Shown in pieces: positions 18,679 through 31,228 of a stretch of DNA of 64,000 nucleotides. The stretch's first letter is position 1; each line of letters opens with the position of its first letter. Made by a program: the position numbers and the translations under genes. Source of the DNA: Octopus vulgaris. Its lineage: Eukaryota. The stretch lies in contig OX597819.1 in assembly GCA_951406725.2 (NCBI GenBank), positions 130,758,001-130,822,000 on the forward strand. The letters run 5' to 3'. The notes under the pieces are model-generated. The model saw only the letters and a program-made list of their open reading frames with translations, ran no database searches and had not been told where the DNA came from.

Positions 18679-19080
18679 ATGAATGTATGTATGTATGTGT
18701 ATATGTTCTGTTTCTGTGTTTTCCCTCCCCCTCCCCAGCATCGCTTGACAACCGATGCTGGTGCGTTTACATCCCTGTAACTCGGCGGTTCGGCAAAAGT
18801 CACCGATAGAATAAGTACTAGATTTACAAAGAATAAGTCCTGGGTCGATTTGCTCGACTAAAGGCGGTGCTCCAGCATGGCCGCAGTTAAATGGCTGAAA
18901 CAAATAAAAGAATATAAAAATAAAAGAACATTTTCATAATTAGTATTTAAGAATTGTATTAAAAAATGTTTGAAATATTTTGTGTTTTGTAAAATTTATA
19001 AACAAATTACACAAAAGTTTTAAAAGCTGAATCTTATATGGACTTTCAAGGGTTACGTGGACCCTAGTTGAGGACCACTG
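18380..19080. mobile_element. hAT-type MITE containing a SINE A insertion (18470-18930)
   Basis: Ends GAGGACCACTG; body matches 1-239 on both sides of the SINE. Confidence 0.7.
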
Positions 19081-19087
19081 AGCTACT

Positions 19088-19213
19088 TGTGGAGGCACGT
19101 GGCTTAATGTCGTTGACATGTGGTGGGGATGATGATGTTGGTGGTGGTGCTGGTGGTGGCGGTCGTACTGTATTGGGTGATGCGAAGATGGCAGGAGCGG
19201 TTGCCACTGTTAC

Positions 19214-19246
<33 letters not shown>

Positions 19247-19515
19247 CGACGACGACGACGACGACGATGCCAACGGACTCATCATCGTGTTGGACTTATG
19301 CTCGTAAGATTGTGGTTTCGATTCCCGGACCGAGCGACGCGTTGTGTCCTTGAGCAAAACACTTCATTTCATGTTGTTCCAGTCCACCCAGCTGGAGAAA
19401 ATGAATAATCCTGGGGTGAATCGGTGTCCCAACCAGGTGGCGAATATATATGCCATGAAACCAGGAAACCCACAGCCCTTATGAGTCGGTATGACTCGAG
19501 AAAATAACTTTACTT
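19088..19515 (+). mobile_element. tRNA-derived SINE with a 168-bp insertion in its head
   Basis: TGTGGAGGCACGTGGCTTA|insert|GTGTTGGAC...GGTTTCGATTCC, then GTGTCCTTGAGCAAAACAC body. Confidence 0.75.
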
Positions 19516-19810
19516 AACTGATCTACATGGACACTGATCTTGCTACCACCACCAGGGGCCAAGTTCCTTCAAATCACACTCTCAAAAGAAGTAAGGACAT
19601 TGAATAACAGTCTTAGATATACACTGTCTGAATATAAGAACGGATGGTCGTGGATGGAACGCTGTTGATCCTGTCTGCTCTACCAGTGCTGACCTGGAGC
19701 TGAACAACTACAATAACAGCCTCCAAGGGAAACTCGACATGGTCACCCGATATACAAGAAATAGCACACAAGTCTCCCTCAAATGACATCCTACCGTTAT
19801 GAAAAAAAAA

Positions 19811-19965
19811 ATTCAATTCAATTCAATTCAATTTTTATTGGCTCAAAAAGCAAAAGCAAGGCCATGTAGGGGGACAAGGAGTTATGTACAGGGAGGGTGG
19901 TCATACAAAGAGTTCAGGCCATTTCTAGTCAAGAGAGACTTTGAACCGAGCGGTCGTCGGCATCT
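19811..19965 (-). mobile_element. Non-LTR retrotransposon 3' end
   Basis: Minus-strand AATAAA followed by an (ATTGA)n tail, inserted into a copy of the (AAC)n-tailed repeat. Confidence 0.5.
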
Positions 19966-20884
19966 TCAAAATGGCAGGATACATTGGCTAATGTAGTCCT
20001 CGATATATGATGGCTGAAAATAAACTGGGGGCGGTTATCGCTAGAAAACCATTATTCATATCTGACTGATCAGGATTGATCTTAGGCTAAATAACAACAG
20101 ACACAGTTATTACCTCGAACCAACGAGGGAAGGCCTCTATGCGGCCACCCGACCTACTAGAAATAACAGCAAAATGCCCTTAACGCACACACTTAAATAC
20201 CCTTAAACTACAGCGCCACTAACACCACTCTCGCCACACAAATACTATCGCTGTAACCCTCACCGCACCAATACTGCTACCAGTAACACCACCTCCACTA
20301 CACCAATACTACGACCAACACCAGCATTGTACTACTAATACTACTACTACTACTAATAGTAATACTACTACCACTATTATCACCACTACATCTATGCTAC
20401 CACCACCACTGATACTATCATCACTAGCAAACTAATTCTGTCACAAAATCCATCATTAACGAACCCATTAGCTCGCTTAAAGAAGAGGAAGACAAGAAGG
20501 AGAAAGAGAGAGTAGGTGAAAGAAGAGAAGGATGATGGGAAGGGGAAGAGGTGGTCATGGAAGCGAAAAGGGAAGCGAGGAAGAAGATAAAGGAAGGAGG
20601 AGTCCCAAATTATAGAAATTATAGAAGGCGCTAAGAGAGAGAGAGAGAAAAAAAATTGGTCGTTGTCCGCCCCCCTATCACAACCCCGGCCCCTTCCCAA
20701 CACCTTCAAAAACACAAACAAGCCATTAATTGGGGGACTTTGGTTTATTTTGAAGGTTTAGGGTTACTGTCTTGTATATAGGGAGAGAGAGAAAGGGCTG
20801 GAAACGTAAACAGGGGAATTAATCTGATGGGTCTGACGGATTTCGGAAGCAATTTAATGGGCCTCCCTCCATCGGCTGGTCGTC

Positions 20885-21069
20885 GGAGGCGGCGGTGGCG
20901 GCGGCGGCGGCGGCGGTGGTGGCGCGGGTGCGGCGGTAATAGAAACGTTGTGTAGGAAGCAATTTAATGGGCCGGCCCTCCATCGGCTGGGCGGCGGCGG
21001 CGGCGGTGGCGGTGGCAGCGGTGGCGTTGGCGGCGGTGGCGGTGGCGGCGGTGGCGTGGCGGTGGCGGC

Positions 21070-21107
<38 letters not shown>

Positions 21108-21275
21108 CGGTGGCAACGATGGCGGTGGCGGCGGCGGTGGCGGCGGCGATGGCGGTGACGGTGCTGGTGCTAGTGCTGGTGGTGGTGATGGCATAGTGAT
21201 CGTCATATCGTTGTTGTGATAGCGGCGATGGCGGTGGTTGTAGTGGTAGTGTTGGTTGTCGTTGACATGTGGTGG

Positions 21276-21314
<39 letters not shown>

Positions 21315-21318
21315 CGAC

Positions 21319-21372
<54 letters not shown>

Positions 21373-21615
21373 GGTGGTGGTGGTGGCGGTCGTAGTGTAT
21401 TGGGTGATGCGAAGATGGCAGAAGCGGTTGCCGCTGCCGCTGTTACTGATGATGATGATGACAACGACAATGCCAACGATGTTGATGATGACGATCATGA
21501 TCATGATGACGACGACAACGTTAACGATAACGAAGATCACGATGATTACCACGACGACAACGACGACGTCAAAGATGATCGTGATCATGATCAGGATGAT
21601 GATGATGATGATGGT
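20885..21615. repeat. (GGC)n/(GGT)n/(GAT)n trinucleotide field
   Basis: Seen directly; locally CpG-rich. Confidence 0.9.
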
Positions 21616-22002
21616 GGAGGGGGGTGAATGAATGAATGAATGAAAGAAGGAAGGAAGGAAGGGAGGAAGAAACAAACGAACGAGCGAGAGAACGAACGAA
21701 TGAGAAGAATAGCGAGGGGTGTATAACATCTTTAAGATAAATACTCTTTCAAACTTTATCTCATACGATTTTCAAATACCGCCGACACTCACAAATGTAA
21801 TAACAGTGATTATTAAAGAGAAAAAGAAAATCGTTCTAGATTATCTTCTTTGATTGTTGTATTTCCTTTTACAAGGCTGACAATGTAAAGCTTTTCGCAT
21901 TAAAATTTAGTGCGTTTTTTACTATATTCAGCCGCAAAATCCATTGAGTTACGAGCCTGCGTAATTTTTGTGCTTTATATATATGTGTGTGTGTGTGTAT
22001 AA

Positions 22003-22550
22003 ATCACCCCAGAGAGCACTCACTAAACGAATTGAAGGCATAGCTGCTCTCGATTATTGGGACCGCCTTAAAACCTTGAAACTCTACTCTCTCCAGCGTC
22101 GCCGTGAGCGGTACATCATTTGTACGATGTAGAGAATATACCGCTAACTTTGCCCAAACGACCTGAACATTAGCTTCAAGGTTCATCCAAGACTGGGACC
22201 ACGGGCCATACGTCCCCTGCCCAATTCAGGATCACAGCATACATGTACACTGCAACATAATTTCTTTTCCTCAACAGGCCCTGCCCTATTTAACATTGTC
22301 CCGAAAGGGATCAAAGAGGAACAGGATCCTATCAACTTTAAACGGAGACTGGATAGATTCCTTCAAGGAATACCAGATAAGCCACCCATAATTGGATACA
22401 ACTCACCCAACAAAAACTCACTACTTGAATGGACCATAAACAAAACTTGACTTAAACAGGATTCAAATAATCCTATAAGGTGGTGCTATTAAGTTAGACA
22501 TGGCCTGGACCAATCATTGGTTGAACCATATCTAAGTTTATCTAAGTTTA
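22003..22550 (+). mobile_element. CR1-clade LINE 3' end
   Basis: QRALTKRIEGIAALDYWDRLKTLKLYSLQRRRERY...GPALFNIVP...FKRRLDRFLQGIPDKP with internal stops; (ATCTAAGTTT)2 tail. Confidence 0.9.
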
Positions 22551-22556
22551 TATATA

Positions 22557-22762
22557 TATGATAGATCGTTAGCCACTACACACATTTTTTTCTCTCCTTG
22601 TTTCTCTTCTTGTTTTTTTTTTTTTTCTGTGTCCCTTTCTGTAGAAGAGCGTAGGCTCGAAACGTAAAAGACTTTTTCTATTCCTGGGCATTTATACTAA
22701 TACATCTGTTTGTTTTGTACACCACCTGTCTTCGTCTTTTGCTTTTTCGTAAACTCTCCCTA
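22557..22762 (+). mobile_element. PLE terminal-repeat remnant, A6U hammerhead family, copy 1
   Basis: Same ~190-bp unit at 41193-41376 and 45981-46170, each adjacent to TA/TG tracts. Confidence 0.7.
22635..22670 (+). ncRNA. Minimal hammerhead variant (CUGUAGA core)
   Basis: cttt-CTGTAGA-a-gagc(gtag)gctc-GAAA-cg-TA-aaag. Confidence 0.65.
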
Positions 22763-22767
22763 TGTAT

Positions 22768-22849
<82 letters not shown>

Positions 22850-23283
22850 GTGTGTGTGTGTGTAATTTAGTGCTAAGGATAATGCTTTTCCGTTAAAGGG
22901 AAATCAGAATTTCTGAATTTCTACAGGAATTTTAGTCAAAATCAGAAACTTAGAAATACTTGAAAATCGTCAGAGACTGGAAATGTTTGAAGGACGAATA
23001 CCACTAAATAAAGAATGAGTCTGTTTCGTTTCTTCCTTTTTCCAATAATTTTAATTTCTTTATTGCATACAAACTTAAAAACTATGCTCCACTCCAACTA
23101 GGCTTGTACTTGTTGAGGACTATTATAACTAAGGGTTTACAGTAATAAATACTATTTTAATGAGCAAACAATTTATTGAGGTAAATAATAAAAACTATAG
23201 AATATAACTATCGCAAACCATTTGAGATTATTGGAAGGAAGCAGGGTAAACAACATTTTTTCTTATTTCTTATTTATATATTA

Positions 23284-23525
23284 CGGAGGTGTACTCGCAT
23301 AGCAAGTGATTTGATCTGAGATCGTGTGCTGGAACGAAAACAATTGCAGCGTGGAAGGTGTTTGTAAGCCATTTAAGAAACACACAAAAGCCGTTCGACT
23401 CACTTCAACATTTAAGTTTAATTTGTCAAAATATTTTCGTCGCTAAAATCCGCGACCTGTTCACTGACAAAAATCCGTGCTGCGTGTTTCTTAAATGGCT
23501 TACAAACACCTTCCACGCTGCAATT
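23284..23525 (-). mobile_element. PLE-like remnant with fold-back arm, G3-C8 hammerhead family, copy 1
   Basis: Near-identical to 31229-31430; 23484-23525 is the reverse complement of about 23342-23383. Confidence 0.65.
23422..23471 (-). ncRNA. Hammerhead variant with G3-C8 core
   Basis: Minus strand: tttgtca-GTGAACA-g-gtcgc(ggatttta)gcgac-GAAA-atat-TT-tgacaaa. Confidence 0.7.
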
Positions 23526-23739
23526 ATTTATATAGATATTTCAAAAGATTATTTTACTCCTTTGCCTTTAAATTTCCGATTTGCGGTGCTTAATCTTTAA
23601 CTTCCAATTTTCAGTTCTTAATTCACAGCATTTAATTATTATTTTTTAAAAATATTTCTTTCCCTTCTTAAATGTCCCCGCCAGTTACTCTCCCCCGCCG
23701 GTTAAACTTGAGTGCTTCTTTTAATAGAACTGATCCTTT

Positions 23740-24147
23740 CGTCTTCGCTAAACGAGCAAAGAATTACGAATGGAAAGATTTGTAGCAAAATTTGTGCCTC
23801 GCTTGTTCACGGAAGATCAAAAGCCGTCACGGCTGAATGCGTGTCGTGAACTGAAAGAATAGTTGAAAGTTGATCCGAATCTTTTTTCGAAGGTCATCAC
23901 TGATGATGAAAGCTGATACTACGGAATTTGCAGATGTGGAAGAAGTGAAGAAAAGAAACGACGGAGGCGTTAAAAGGCATCAATTCACAAGAGTTCTAGC
24001 ACTGCTTCCAACCGTGGAAAACGCGTCTGGATCAATGCATTGCTTCAAATGGAGATTACTTTGAAGGTGATAAAAGTGTAAACCTGTAAAACTAAGTGAA
24101 TAAAATAGCATTGCAAAATTCCGATTTCTTTTGGGTACCGCTTCGTA
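23740..24147 (+). mobile_element. Internally deleted mariner with right TIR
   Basis: RMERFVAKFVPRLFTEDQK...LFSKVITDDES joined to FADVEEVK...WKTRLDQCIASNGDYFEGDK; ends GTACCGCTTCG|TA. Confidence 0.85.
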
Positions 24148-24913
24148 TAAGGTAGGCACAGTTTTTTCGTTTCGACATAGTTGCACTTTCATTTATATAA
24201 TATTTCCGTACGTGGCTTCGTTTAGAAAATTAATTTTTCAAGGGTGGACAACGCGGTGGTGGGAGGGAGACCAACTCCCTAATCTGCAAGGAATGAAGAA
24301 CGTTTGCTACGCAGCTAAAGCCTTATATTTAATGTAGTGTGAAAAGAAAAACCTTTTTTTTTTTACTTTTTAAGAGCAAATGGTTCTCGGAGTTCAAATA
24401 TTTTAGAAAGATTTTGAAGCAGAAACACAAGACACCCCCTCCCCTAAATTATTGAATGATCTTCAGCGTCTCATTGATTCGTTCAGTTCAATAATTACAA
24501 TTCTAGGGAAGAAGCTTAATGAAAGTTATTCAATGCAGAATTGTTTAGGCCGGAAGCCATATCGTAGTGATCAATTTGAGATGGAAATCTCGGAAAGTAA
24601 ATTTCCTAAGCCAAAAGAAAATGGGCAAAATGCATAAGAGAGAAACAAGGTTGAACTGGGCTAAACGACAAAACGTCTTAGTTGATATACGGTGGCCAGG
24701 AGGAGGGTGCATTGATGTTTAACTCCAAGTCAGCTCTAGTCGAGTAGATGGCTTCTTACTTCAACCATCTTTCTGAAGCATTGAATTAGAAGTAGCTCAT
24801 GTCTCACGCCACCTCTGTAAAGGAATGGAATTGACAGCGTAAGAGAGAGAGCAAGATAGTTGCTTTCAGACAAACGAGAAGATCGTCAAGTCTAACAATA
24901 TTTTCTCCTCATA

Positions 24914-25800
24914 AGGCGGCGAGCTGGCAGAATCGTTAGCACGCCGGGCGAAATGCGTAGCCGTATTTCATCTGCCGTTACGTTCTGAGTTCAAATACCA
25001 CCGAGGTCGAATTGCCTTTCATCCTTTCGGGGTCGATTAAATAAGTACCAGTTACGCACTGGGGTCTATATAATCGACTTAATCCGTTTGTCTGTCCTTG
25101 TTTTTCCTATGTGTTTGGCCCCTTGTGGATCGTCTGCCGTTACGTTCTGAGTTCAAATTCCGCCGAAGTCGAATTGCCTTTCATCCTTTCGAGGTCGATT
25201 AAATAAGTACCAGTTACACACTGGGGTCGATATAATCGACTTAATCCGTTTGTCTGTCCTTGTTTTTCCTATGTGTTTGGCACCTTGTGGATCGTCTGCC
25301 GTTACGTTCTGAGTTCAAATTCCGCCGAAGTCGAATTGCCTTTCATCCTTTCGAGGTCGATTAAATAAGTACCAGTTACACACTGGGGTCGATATAATCG
25401 ACTTAATCCGTTTGTCTGTCCTTGTTTTTCCTCTGTGTTCGGCCCCTTGTGGGTCGTCTGCCGCTACGTTCTGAGTTCAAATTCCGCCGAGGTTGACATT
25501 GCCTTTCATCCTTTCGGGGTCGATTAAATAAGTACCAGTTACGCACTGGGGTCTATATAATCGACTTAATCCGTTTGTCTGTCCTTGTTTGTTTTCTGTG
25601 TTTAGCCCCTTGTAGGTAGTAAAGAAAAAGGTATTTCGTCCGTCTTTATGCTCTGAGTTCAAATTCCGCCGAAGTCGACTTTGCCTTTCATCCCTTCAGG
25701 GTCGATAAATTAAGTACCAGTTGCGTATTGGGGTTGATCTAATCGACTGGCTCCTCCCCCAAAATTTCGGGCCTTGTGCCTATAAGTAGAAAAGAATATT
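24914..25800 (+). mobile_element. SINE family B concatemer
   Basis: One head, then body units starting at 24969, 25131, 25293, 25455 and 25637 (periods 162, 162, 162, 182). Confidence 0.9.
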
Positions 25801-26099
25801 TTCTCCTCATATGAGGAGACATCGGTCTCCATCGAGAAGACTACCTGCTGTGTGCATTGTGTGGGAGAATGAGTGTGTGCCTTTGTATTTGTACCATCCC
25901 TTCCCCTCACACACACACACACACACTGTGCGGTTCGGCAAAAGAAACGGATAGAGAAAGTGCCAGTCGTATAAAGTAAGTACTGTGGTTGACTTGTTCG
26001 ATTAAACCCTTCAAGGTGGCGCCCCGGATTGCCGCAGCCCAATGACTGAAATACGTAAAAGATAAAATATATAACAGGTCTCTTCATAACCTGAGAAAT

Positions 26100-27632
26100 G
26101 TCACAGTTGATCTGTACAGACGAAAATATTCGTGGCTTATTCATAACTGGAATTCCTTCTGTTTGTATACGAATCAGATAACTGCAAAACAAAATCTTAA
26201 CCTTGAGATCAGTCGTAAATCAGGTTCGTGCTTTTGAAATTATCATAAAAGTTTCTTTCTCTCAATAGACAATTATGCAGTCTCCTCTGCAAAATTGATT
26301 AGAAAGACATTTAGAAAACTGAAATGAATTCGATCTCGTATCCAGGTGCACCTCGTCAAATGTGTTGCTGAGAGTCTTCAACAACCTGTTTGCACCATTT
26401 GCAGCTATTGTCCAACCTCGAAACTATTTGTTTCAATTATAAAAAATATGGATACATTTCAAAGATTTGTAGACCTTTGAAAGCAAAAAGAAAAAAGAAA
26501 ACAGTAAGCATTTCTATTTTGTCTCTCTATCTTCTGCGTTAAAAAACTCTATAATTGACATGGATAGTTCCGCCAGTTATATCTTTGAATTAGTTGTGCT
26601 TAAACTAAGGTTTAAGGCTATGTTGTCGGTGGCTTCAGATAAACTGACTGTATCAATCAATAAATATTGTGAATGAAACTTAAAGCTAAAAAAATCGCTC
26701 GTACTTCCAAATGTGACTCGTTGTAATACTTGTAACAACCACGCTGCCACTCAGACGTTATTCACGAGTTTAATCGATCAGAGATGAATAAGATACTCAA
26801 AGAAAACATAACCGAGAAAAGTAATCCACTCTGGTTTAGCATAAGTATACGCTATTAAGGGTAACAAACATAAAAGGGTGTTAGGGCTAGTGGTTGACAT
26901 CTCCGAAACTTAATAAATAGAATCCAACTTCTTAGATGTTTACCTACTCAGCTTAAGACAACTTAGCAAAATATCGCCTGAAAAAATACACAGGGATGCA
27001 TAGCACTCTTCTAGGGATTTTTTGTTTTAATGCTGAGTCTGGGGGAAGGGACTATGCGCATGAGCCTTGTAGACCTTCCGAAACTATCAGATTGAAAATA
27101 TAGCCACGAAACACATGTAGTCTTTTTACCAATTATATACTATTTATTTATTTTGTACTTCACTTAATTATTGGTATATGTTTTATCGTATATTTAATTT
27201 TTCTCTATATGGCATGATTTAATTATATCATTGTTGAATTGCTACATGGTGGTTCTTCTCTAATTTGACGCCCTTAATGTTCTTCGAGTTTAATGAGAAG
27301 ATATTTACAGCTTTCGGGGCAAGGGGTCAGTTGTTTCAGTTCAAACGTCTTAGTTTTGGCCTTTCAAGATATATTACCTGTTTTCAAACAGTTATAATAC
27401 AATCTTAATAGAAAAAAATGTGTTGGAAGCCATGGACACTTGTTTAAATGACGTCACCATAGGCGCAGGAGTGGCTGTGTGGTAAGTAGCTTGCTAACCA
27501 GCTACATGGTTCTGGGTTCAGTCCTACTGCGTGGCATCTTGGGCAAATGTCTTCTGCTATAGCCCCGGGCCGACCAATGCCTTGTGAGTGGATTTGGTAG
27601 ACGGAAACTGAAAGAAGCCTGTCGTATATATG

Positions 27633-27716
<84 letters not shown>

Positions 27717-29300
27717 TGTGTATGTGTGTGTGTGTTTGTGTGTCTGTGTTTGTCTCCCTAGCATTGCTTGACAACCGATGCTGGTGTGTTTACGTCCCCG
27801 TCACTTAGCGGTTCTGCAAAAGAGACCGATAGAATAAGTACTGGGCTTACAAAGACTAAGTCCCGGGGTCGATTTGCTCGACTAAAGGCGGTGCTCCAGC
27901 ATGGCCGCAGTCAAATGACTGAAACAAGTAAAAGAGTAAAAGAGTAAAAGAGTAAAAGAGTAAAAGAGTATATGTGGTAACAACAAATAAAAATATAACA
28001 AAAACGTATCCAAATTCTTAAAACTTGCTTTAAATCTAATATGGCATTCGATAACAATAAACGTACATTTCCAATCGAACCCAGCTGCGTTTCGGGTCAC
28101 TACACCATCCATAATAAAATGCGGCCATTCACGTTTATCCGATTATCCATAGTGAAATGCAATCCTTTGCGTCAAACTCTTCACTGCAAAAAAACGCTTG
28201 TGCCTTCTAATAAATAGTCCTTATCAAGTATTATGTGTCTGTTCGCTTATAATTATCGATGGATTCTTCATGTCTCTGAAATAAGGACATCTAGCTAATG
28301 CTCAGTTTTCGCTCTCAAAGACACCTATAATCAATGACTTGAAAGGAGTTATGAAGAAGTCTGCGAGGGAAAAAGTAGACGAAAATATTTTACTTATTAT
28401 CAGACGCTTCAGTGCTTAACATCGAGACCGTTTCTAATCAAAGTCGTTGACCTGTAGCAATCGATTCTCGGTCAGAAAAATTGCTCCATTATCTTAAAGC
28501 TAAGTAATCTCACAATGGCAATTAAAGCTCATGCCGTTTTGTTACATTAAAGGACCCATCATTCTGGGTCTAATGCAAGATTTTTGCGATGCTGCTTCGC
28601 GGGATGGCCTCTTAGAACTCTGCAAATGTTTCTGTCACCATAGCTTTACAAGGGTGAATCATTTTCTTTGCACCCGAGATCTTTCATATTCAAAGATAAT
28701 GACATTAACCATGTTGTTCCTGGAGGCCAATTTTGTCGAAAATTAAAGCCATAACACTGTCTTCTACAACCAAATCACGTCTATGCAATCCTTTGTCTCT
28801 ACAAAAGCACCGAGCCGTTACCTTCGTCGTCCAGAAACAATATCTGGTGATTGTTGTCGACGGATACTCCCGTTTCTTGTTTACTTTCCCTTGTAGCATT
28901 TTTTCATCAACTGTCATTTTCCTTTAATTTTTTAAAGTCTTTTACTTGACCACGTTATTTTCTAGTTTCGTTTAATCCATATATGCCCATTTGGATCGAA
29001 ATACTTCCTTTAGGTCTTACGAACTGATGATTTTCTTATATGATAAGAGTGTCCCAACTAGTCACACTTCCTCAAGCGTTATGTTGGTATAGTTTAGAAA
29101 ACTGTGACATTACCTCTAGAGTCTAAACGTGTATTGATCCCTGCATGGGAATCAGTTTCCCTTAAGACTTTACGTTGGGTACGATTCTTGTTGTGTTCAT
29201 CAACGAACTCAACACATAATGAACTTCTCTCCGCTTTTACTCGAAACACAGCTACAAGAATGAACAACTGATCTACGTTTCATTAAATGGAAAGTTTCGG
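26100..29300 (+). mobile_element. Highly decayed Ty3/Gypsy internal region (gag knuckle, RT, integrase)
   Basis: TICFNYKKYGYISKICR (decayed CCHC knuckle, about 26423-26473); RT-like GLVVDISET..FLDVYLL (about 26885-26950); integrase YLVIVVDGYSRFLFTFPC...AHLDRNTSFRSYEL (28840-29070). The order RT then IN fits Gypsy. No LTRs recognised. Confidence 0.7.
27461..27969 (+). mobile_element. SINE family A, full length, inserted in the Gypsy remnant
   Basis: Intact head, (TA)n(TG)n core and (GTAAAAGA)n tail. Confidence 0.9.
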
Positions 29301-29403
29301 TTGTGGAAGCACAGAGGTAATAAAGACGATCCTTTAGTCAAAATTGTTGAAAATTTTGTTGGAATCCAATTCGACTTCTCTGCACTGATTCCTGATAAAG
29401 CAG

Positions 29404-29445
<42 letters not shown>

Positions 29446-29540
29446 CGTAAGACATACGCACGCACACACACACACGCACATACACACACATACATACACA
29501 TATGTATGTATGCAATTATGTATGTATGTATGTATGTATG

Positions 29541-29595
<55 letters not shown>

Positions 29596-30502
29596 ATGAA
29601 TGGAGTTTTTTTCAGCTTCCCTCAATCAAACCCACCCAAAAAAGCTTTAATCGACCCGGGGTCTATAATAAAAGGCATTTACCTAAGGTGCCGTGCCAAA
29701 ATCCCATGGATGAGAAGCAAGCTTCTTATCACACAGCTTCACCAGCATCTCGAGAACATTTTTTTCGATATTGCTCCAAAGATTTCCTTTTGGTCAATTG
29801 TATTCTTCAATATTGTTTGAAGGCCTTTTTCTTTTTCTTTTTTACTTTAAAAGAATGCGATTATTCCATATTAATATAATGGTTTCTAATTTAGGTACGA
29901 GGCTAGTTATTTTGATAGGAGGCGTTGATTTGATATTATCGACTACACTAGTTGACTTATACTTTATTTTATCGACCACTAGAAGGGATGTAAGGCCGAG
30001 GAAACTTTGGCAAGATCTGAATAAACAAAGAAAAAACTTGTAAGGTAACTTTTTCGTGGTTCTAAACGTTTGAACCAGTTCAGTATCCCGATTCTATACG
30101 CTTGCAATAACTATAGAAATGATTGAATCGCCAAGAGATTCTGCACCCGTTGTCCACTGTTGTTGCTCTACCTCATCTGATATTGTTTTAAATGTTATAT
30201 AAACAGTTACGTCTGACAGTTTTGTCAACAGAAATCAGTTGAACATTTTCTGAATTAAATTCTGAATTAAATTGTCTGTTGGATTATTCGGACTTCAAAT
30301 GGTTTAATGAAAGATTTCTTCCAAAGCAGTCATAATGCCAGACTCATATCATACTGATTACTGGCACTTTGAGAAGTTTTTTTTTTCTATAGTTACCATG
30401 TTTCACTACCATATAACATTGCAGGTAGAACTGTACTGTTGATGAGGTTATATATATAAAACTTAGATAAAACTTAGATATGTTTCGCGCAAGTATGTGA
30501 GT

Positions 30503-30540
<38 letters not shown>

Positions 30541-30544
<4 letters not shown>

Positions 30545-30998
30545 CTTGATCATCTTGACCGACCAGTCCGTCAGGCGTCCATTTGACACCGCTAGTAACA
30601 GCACGCTGTCCACTCCTCTCTGGATCGCGCCTTTCTCATCCACGTGATCCCAATCGTCCTCCTGAAATCGTAACTCCACCGTCGTGGGTGCATTCCGGGT
30701 GGTCGTTTCCGCTCGCGCGGGTACCACTCGACAACTGCGCGGGTCCACCGATTATCGGTGAGCCGGGCGACGTGTCCAGCCCACCTAAACTTGCTGCGTG
30801 TATACTCTGCGATGACATCCCTCACGCCGGACTTCTTTCTGATGATCTCGCTATTGATGTGCTCTCTCAACGAGAGACCAAGCATTGACCTTTCCATGGC
30901 TCTTTGGGCCGTTACCAGTCTCTGCTCTTCTCTTTTTGTCGTAGACCATGTTTCACTACCATATAACATTGCAGGTAGAACTGTACTGTTGATGAGGT
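30541..30998 (-). mobile_element. RTE-clade LINE 3' end
   Basis: ORF 30592-30969: MLYGSETW...QRAMERSMLG...KFRWAGHVAR..DNRWT..VVEWYPRERKRPPG..RRW. Confidence 0.92.
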
Positions 30999-31158
30999 TA
31001 TATATATATATATATATCAGGGTTTTTTTTAGCTCTAATTCCTAGCAATGTAGATGCTACCCTGCAACCTTAGTCACAATTAGTAACAACTGATTTTTTT
31101 TTGTTTTGTATTGCGTTATTTTATGCCTGTATGTGTATATGGGTTCATATATATATAT

Positions 31159-31195
<37 letters not shown>

Positions 31196-31228
31196 CGAAT
31201 GTGTGTATATATACGTGTATATATATAT

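Noticed and set aside
20854-21729. Poly-Ala/Pro/Gly ORFs resembling a transcription-factor exon
   Set aside because: Pure trinucleotide repeats open in several frames on both strands; no domain or convincing splice context.
24914-25800. CRISPR-like or satellite array
   Set aside because: Contiguous SINE-derived units with no unique spacers, in a eukaryotic context.
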